Below, in pieces: positions 61,491 through 64,000 of a DNA stretch of 64,000 nucleotides. The position numbers and the translations under genes are program-made. The DNA is from Cyanophora paradoxa CCMP329. Its lineage: Eukaryota; Plantae; Glaucophyta. Location of the stretch: positions 47,541 to 111,540 of the forward strand of contig QPMI01000675.1 of NCBI GenBank assembly GCA_004431415.1. The letters run 5' to 3'. The notes below the pieces were generated by a model. It worked only from the letters and a program-made list of their open reading frames with translations. It was not told the origin of the DNA and searched no databases. Numbering within the stretch: the stretch's first letter is position 1; each line of letters opens with the position of its first letter.

Positions 61491-63066
61491 GGAGGGGCAA
61501 TCCCGGCGCATGTGGTCAGCGAGCCGCAGGTCCAGCAGCCTCGCTGCTCATCCTGCTCGCTCGTCTCCTTACCCTTCCCCAGTGGGCGCTGGTTCGGGCC
61601 GGAGGCGGGCCACGGCCGGAGCCGCCGGCGTAGCCGCTGCGGGCGCCGCCGCGGAACCCGCCGCGGGCTTGGAAACCGCCCGGGGGTACGGCTCCTGCGG
61701 TGTCCACCGCGGTGGCGTAACCGCCGCGGTCGGCCGGGGTCCCGCGCTCGTCGCGGTCGGGCCCTCGTCCTCACGGGTCGCGCGTTCGCGGCGCTTCAAG
61801 CCGCCCGCTTCTCAGCGATCCCCTTCACCCAGTCGGCGTACGGGATGCCGGGGAACGGGGCCGTGCCCCACGCGCAATTCCACGTAAAGTGGCAGCGTCG
61901 AGGGCCGGCATCTCCACTGCATGCACAGGGGCATGCATCGTGGTGGTGCACGGTACCCTAGTTTTCCTCGTCTGGGTGCCGGCGGCTCGAGACGGGGGCG
62001 CCGGCGGCGCCTTGGTGCCAGGGCGGCGTGCACCGATTTCGTCGGGACGGCCTCGTCAGCTCGTCCGCGTCATCGGCCGCCACGGCCATTTTGCGCACGC
62101 GGGGGCGCTTGGTCTCAGGCGCCTCGGGCGCGACCATGACCTGGGCGGCAGCACGGTACGGCAGCCGTGCGTCTCGCATGCTGGAGGAATAGATCGTCCA
62201 GCTGGAGCGGCGACAGGGCGCCGTCCAGAGCGAGAATGCGCTGGTCAGCGCAGTGAGGAACTCGCGCAGCGTGCGCTCGTTCAGCTTCGCGAACCCGGCC
62301 ATCCGAACATCAAGGTTCTGATATTCCGGTCCTCGCTCGTCGCACGGGCCTCAAGCGCAGTGCGCAGGCACTCGGCGTAGTACACGCGAGGCGCTGGCCC
62401 GTCGGCAGCGTGTGCCGACGAGAGGCAAGAACCAGTCGTGCCATGAGCGCGGATCCTCGCCCGTGTAGGGCTCAGTGAGGGCCCGGCGGGCCGCGTGCGG
62501 GCGCGCCTTGTGGATCCACGCCGTGATCGTGTCTAGCAGCCGGGGGCACGCAAGTACGCATCACGCGTGGCCACGATTGAGGCCTCATCACGCGCGCAGC
62601 TCTGCTGCAGCGCGAGGATCGTGGCGTCGTCATCGCAGAGCGCAAGTTCGCCGGACGAGCTCAAGGCGCCGCAGCGTAGCGCGGTCACGCTCCAGGCCAG
62701 CAATAGAGGCCTCATAGAGGTCGCGCTTACGCTCGATTACGGCGCGGAGGCGCCGGGGCGGATGCGCCCGACGATCACTCCGGCAAGAGCCTCGGACTTA
62801 GTATACTCCTGGCCGCCGGCAGCGTCGGGCCAAGAGATACTTCGTCGGCTGCGCGACTGATAGTTCCGGACGTCCTGCGGAACCGGTCACCATCGGCGAG
62901 GCGGGGCTGGGCGGCAAGAATCCGATCCGCGCGGATCGTCATCAGCCACAGCCGAGGCGCGGGGCGGCGTACTGCACAGCAAGTTCGGCCTCGCAGGCTC
63001 AACATGCGCGAGCGCAGACAGCTGGCTCCGGACTTCAGAACTAAGAAGTTCCGAGGAGTTTGACAT
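61490..63066 (-). CDS. Gag-like region with a CCHC zinc knuckle (frameshifted)
   Basis: aacaacATG at 63066 (MSNSSELLSSEVRSQL). CWTCGSL-DHMRRDC at 61497-61537 is restored by adding one G; an Arg/Gly-rich tail follows. Confidence 0.6.
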
Positions 63067-63531
63067 GTTGTTCTCTTTGCAACGTAAAGCCGCAAGAACA
63101 AGATGCCGGGGAGAGCACTAGGCGCGGGATTTGATCTGCAGCTCGCTGCAGAATCCGGCGCGGGGATCTCGCGGTCACGCAAGAGCGCGACTCAGGGACA
63201 CTTAGAGAGCTGCTCGCAGCAGTCTCCGTGGCACGGTTGCTCGCAACCGGCGATGGGACAGGCAATGATGAGACTCTCGAGAGAGAGCTCGGCGCGTGCG
63301 CTTCGGTCTGGGGATGACCCGAAGCCCGCGATAGGCACTAGAGACGTTTCCGGTGCACTACCGTCCAACCGCAAGCGGTACAGGGCGGCGCACTCAAACG
63401 CAAAGCAACCGTGGGGACGGCGCTCGCGCGGAAAGCAGGTCTCTGGCTCCAATAGGCACTGGGCAAGGCGGCGCAGCGATGCGCGCTGCGCGGCGGGGCT
63501 GGGGAGAGCGATACGGACTCAGACCCTTGAA

Positions 63532-63556
63532 GGTTCGATTCCGGCAGAATGGCGCC
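63532..63556 (-). promoter_or_regulatory. Primer-binding site complementary to a tRNA 3' end
   Basis: Plus strand reads GGTTCGATTCCGGCAGAATGGCGCC (T-loop to CC) immediately adjacent to the 5' LTR. Confidence 0.75.
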
Positions 63557-63849
63557 TGTCGCGTGCGAGATTAGTGTGTCTAATCGTGCGCGCGAGAAGC
63601 CCGTGCGGAGTGCAAGCTCGGCAGGGCGGGGTTTGGCGAGTGCTGCTGCTGTTAGCCACCGTGATGGTAGACTGAGGGTGTACCCGTCCAACTACGGCGT
63701 ACCCCGACACACGCATACAAATGACCGCGGCGCTCTAACTAGCCTAGGCGCCGTCGGCCTAGCAGCACGAAGGCTGCTTCGTGCTGCATACATCATCTAG
63801 AGCCCTAGCGGCTCACAATCGAGCATCCACTGTAAAGTCGGATGCGACA
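63557..63849 (-). repeat. 5' LTR
   Basis: Identical by eye to 46947-47239. Confidence 0.97.
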
Positions 63850-63929
63850 CAGTCATGATCACTGAGTGTTGGTTATATTTTCGAGCAAACATCGACCACA
63901 GAACTGATCATGAAGAGGTGCAGACACCT

Positions 63930-64000
63930 TCACGCATCGGCCAGCTGCAGGGCGCCGGCCTCGAGATCGGCGGCGAGGTCAGAGAGGAGGAGATCCTCGT
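63930..64000 (-). CDS. Possible 3' end of an unidentified gene entering from the right
   Basis: Minus frame EDLLLSDLAADLEAGALQLADA* with host-like codon usage. Confidence 0.3.
   Translation of the reverse strand, partial: EDLLLSDLAADLEAGALQLADA

Larger units (their letters stand above)
46947..63849 (-). mobile_element. Full-length 16.9-kb Ty3/Gypsy LTR retrotransposon, recent insertion
   Basis: Two 293-bp LTRs, identical by eye, with TGTCGC...GCGACA termini; 5-bp TSD CAGTC at 46942-46946 and 63850-63854; domain order PR-RT-RH-IN; no introns seen. Confidence 0.97.

Noticed and set aside
63480-63556. Complete tRNA gene on the plus strand
   Set aside because: Only the T-loop-to-3' portion is present; no acceptor 5' strand, D arm or anticodon arm can be folded. 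Treated as the PBS.
1-64000. Hundreds of long Arg/Pro/Gly/Ala-rich six-frame ORFs
   Set aside because: Expected shadow ORFs in very GC-rich DNA; the real genes are spliced mosaics of short exons.

Overview
Very GC-rich eukaryotic (protist-like) DNA with many short, roughly 50-75 nt introns. The style resembles glaucophyte (Cyanophora-type) genomes, but the taxon cannot be established from this window. Bases 1-45300 hold compact, mostly head-to-head gene pairs. In order these are: a membrane-anchored RyR-repeat protein; a hypothetical protein; an ~11.6 kb Cys-rich (GCC2/GCC3, TNFR-like) membrane protein; a CCDC97-like protein; a motor-less protein with two tandem dynein microtubule-binding domains; a K+-independent H+-pyrophosphatase; a tandem/inverted array of F-box/LRR-like genes interleaved with duplicated 3' fragments of a bacterial-type GNAT gene; and the intact GNAT gene facing an intron-containing Lgt-like (prolipoprotein diacylglyceryl transferase) gene. 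Bases 46947-63849 are one 16.9 kb Ty3/Gypsy LTR retrotransposon on the minus strand, with identical 293-bp LTRs and a CAGTC target-site duplication. It appears to encode a ~4,900-codon polyprotein with ~7 kb of unrecognised coding sequence between the Gag zinc knuckle and the protease. Its primer-binding site has tRNA-Sec-like spacing, and three PBS-complementary repeats lie near its 3' end. Many single-base frameshifts fall in homopolymers and are probably assembly errors. Gene models were spliced by eye, so the boundaries are approximate.
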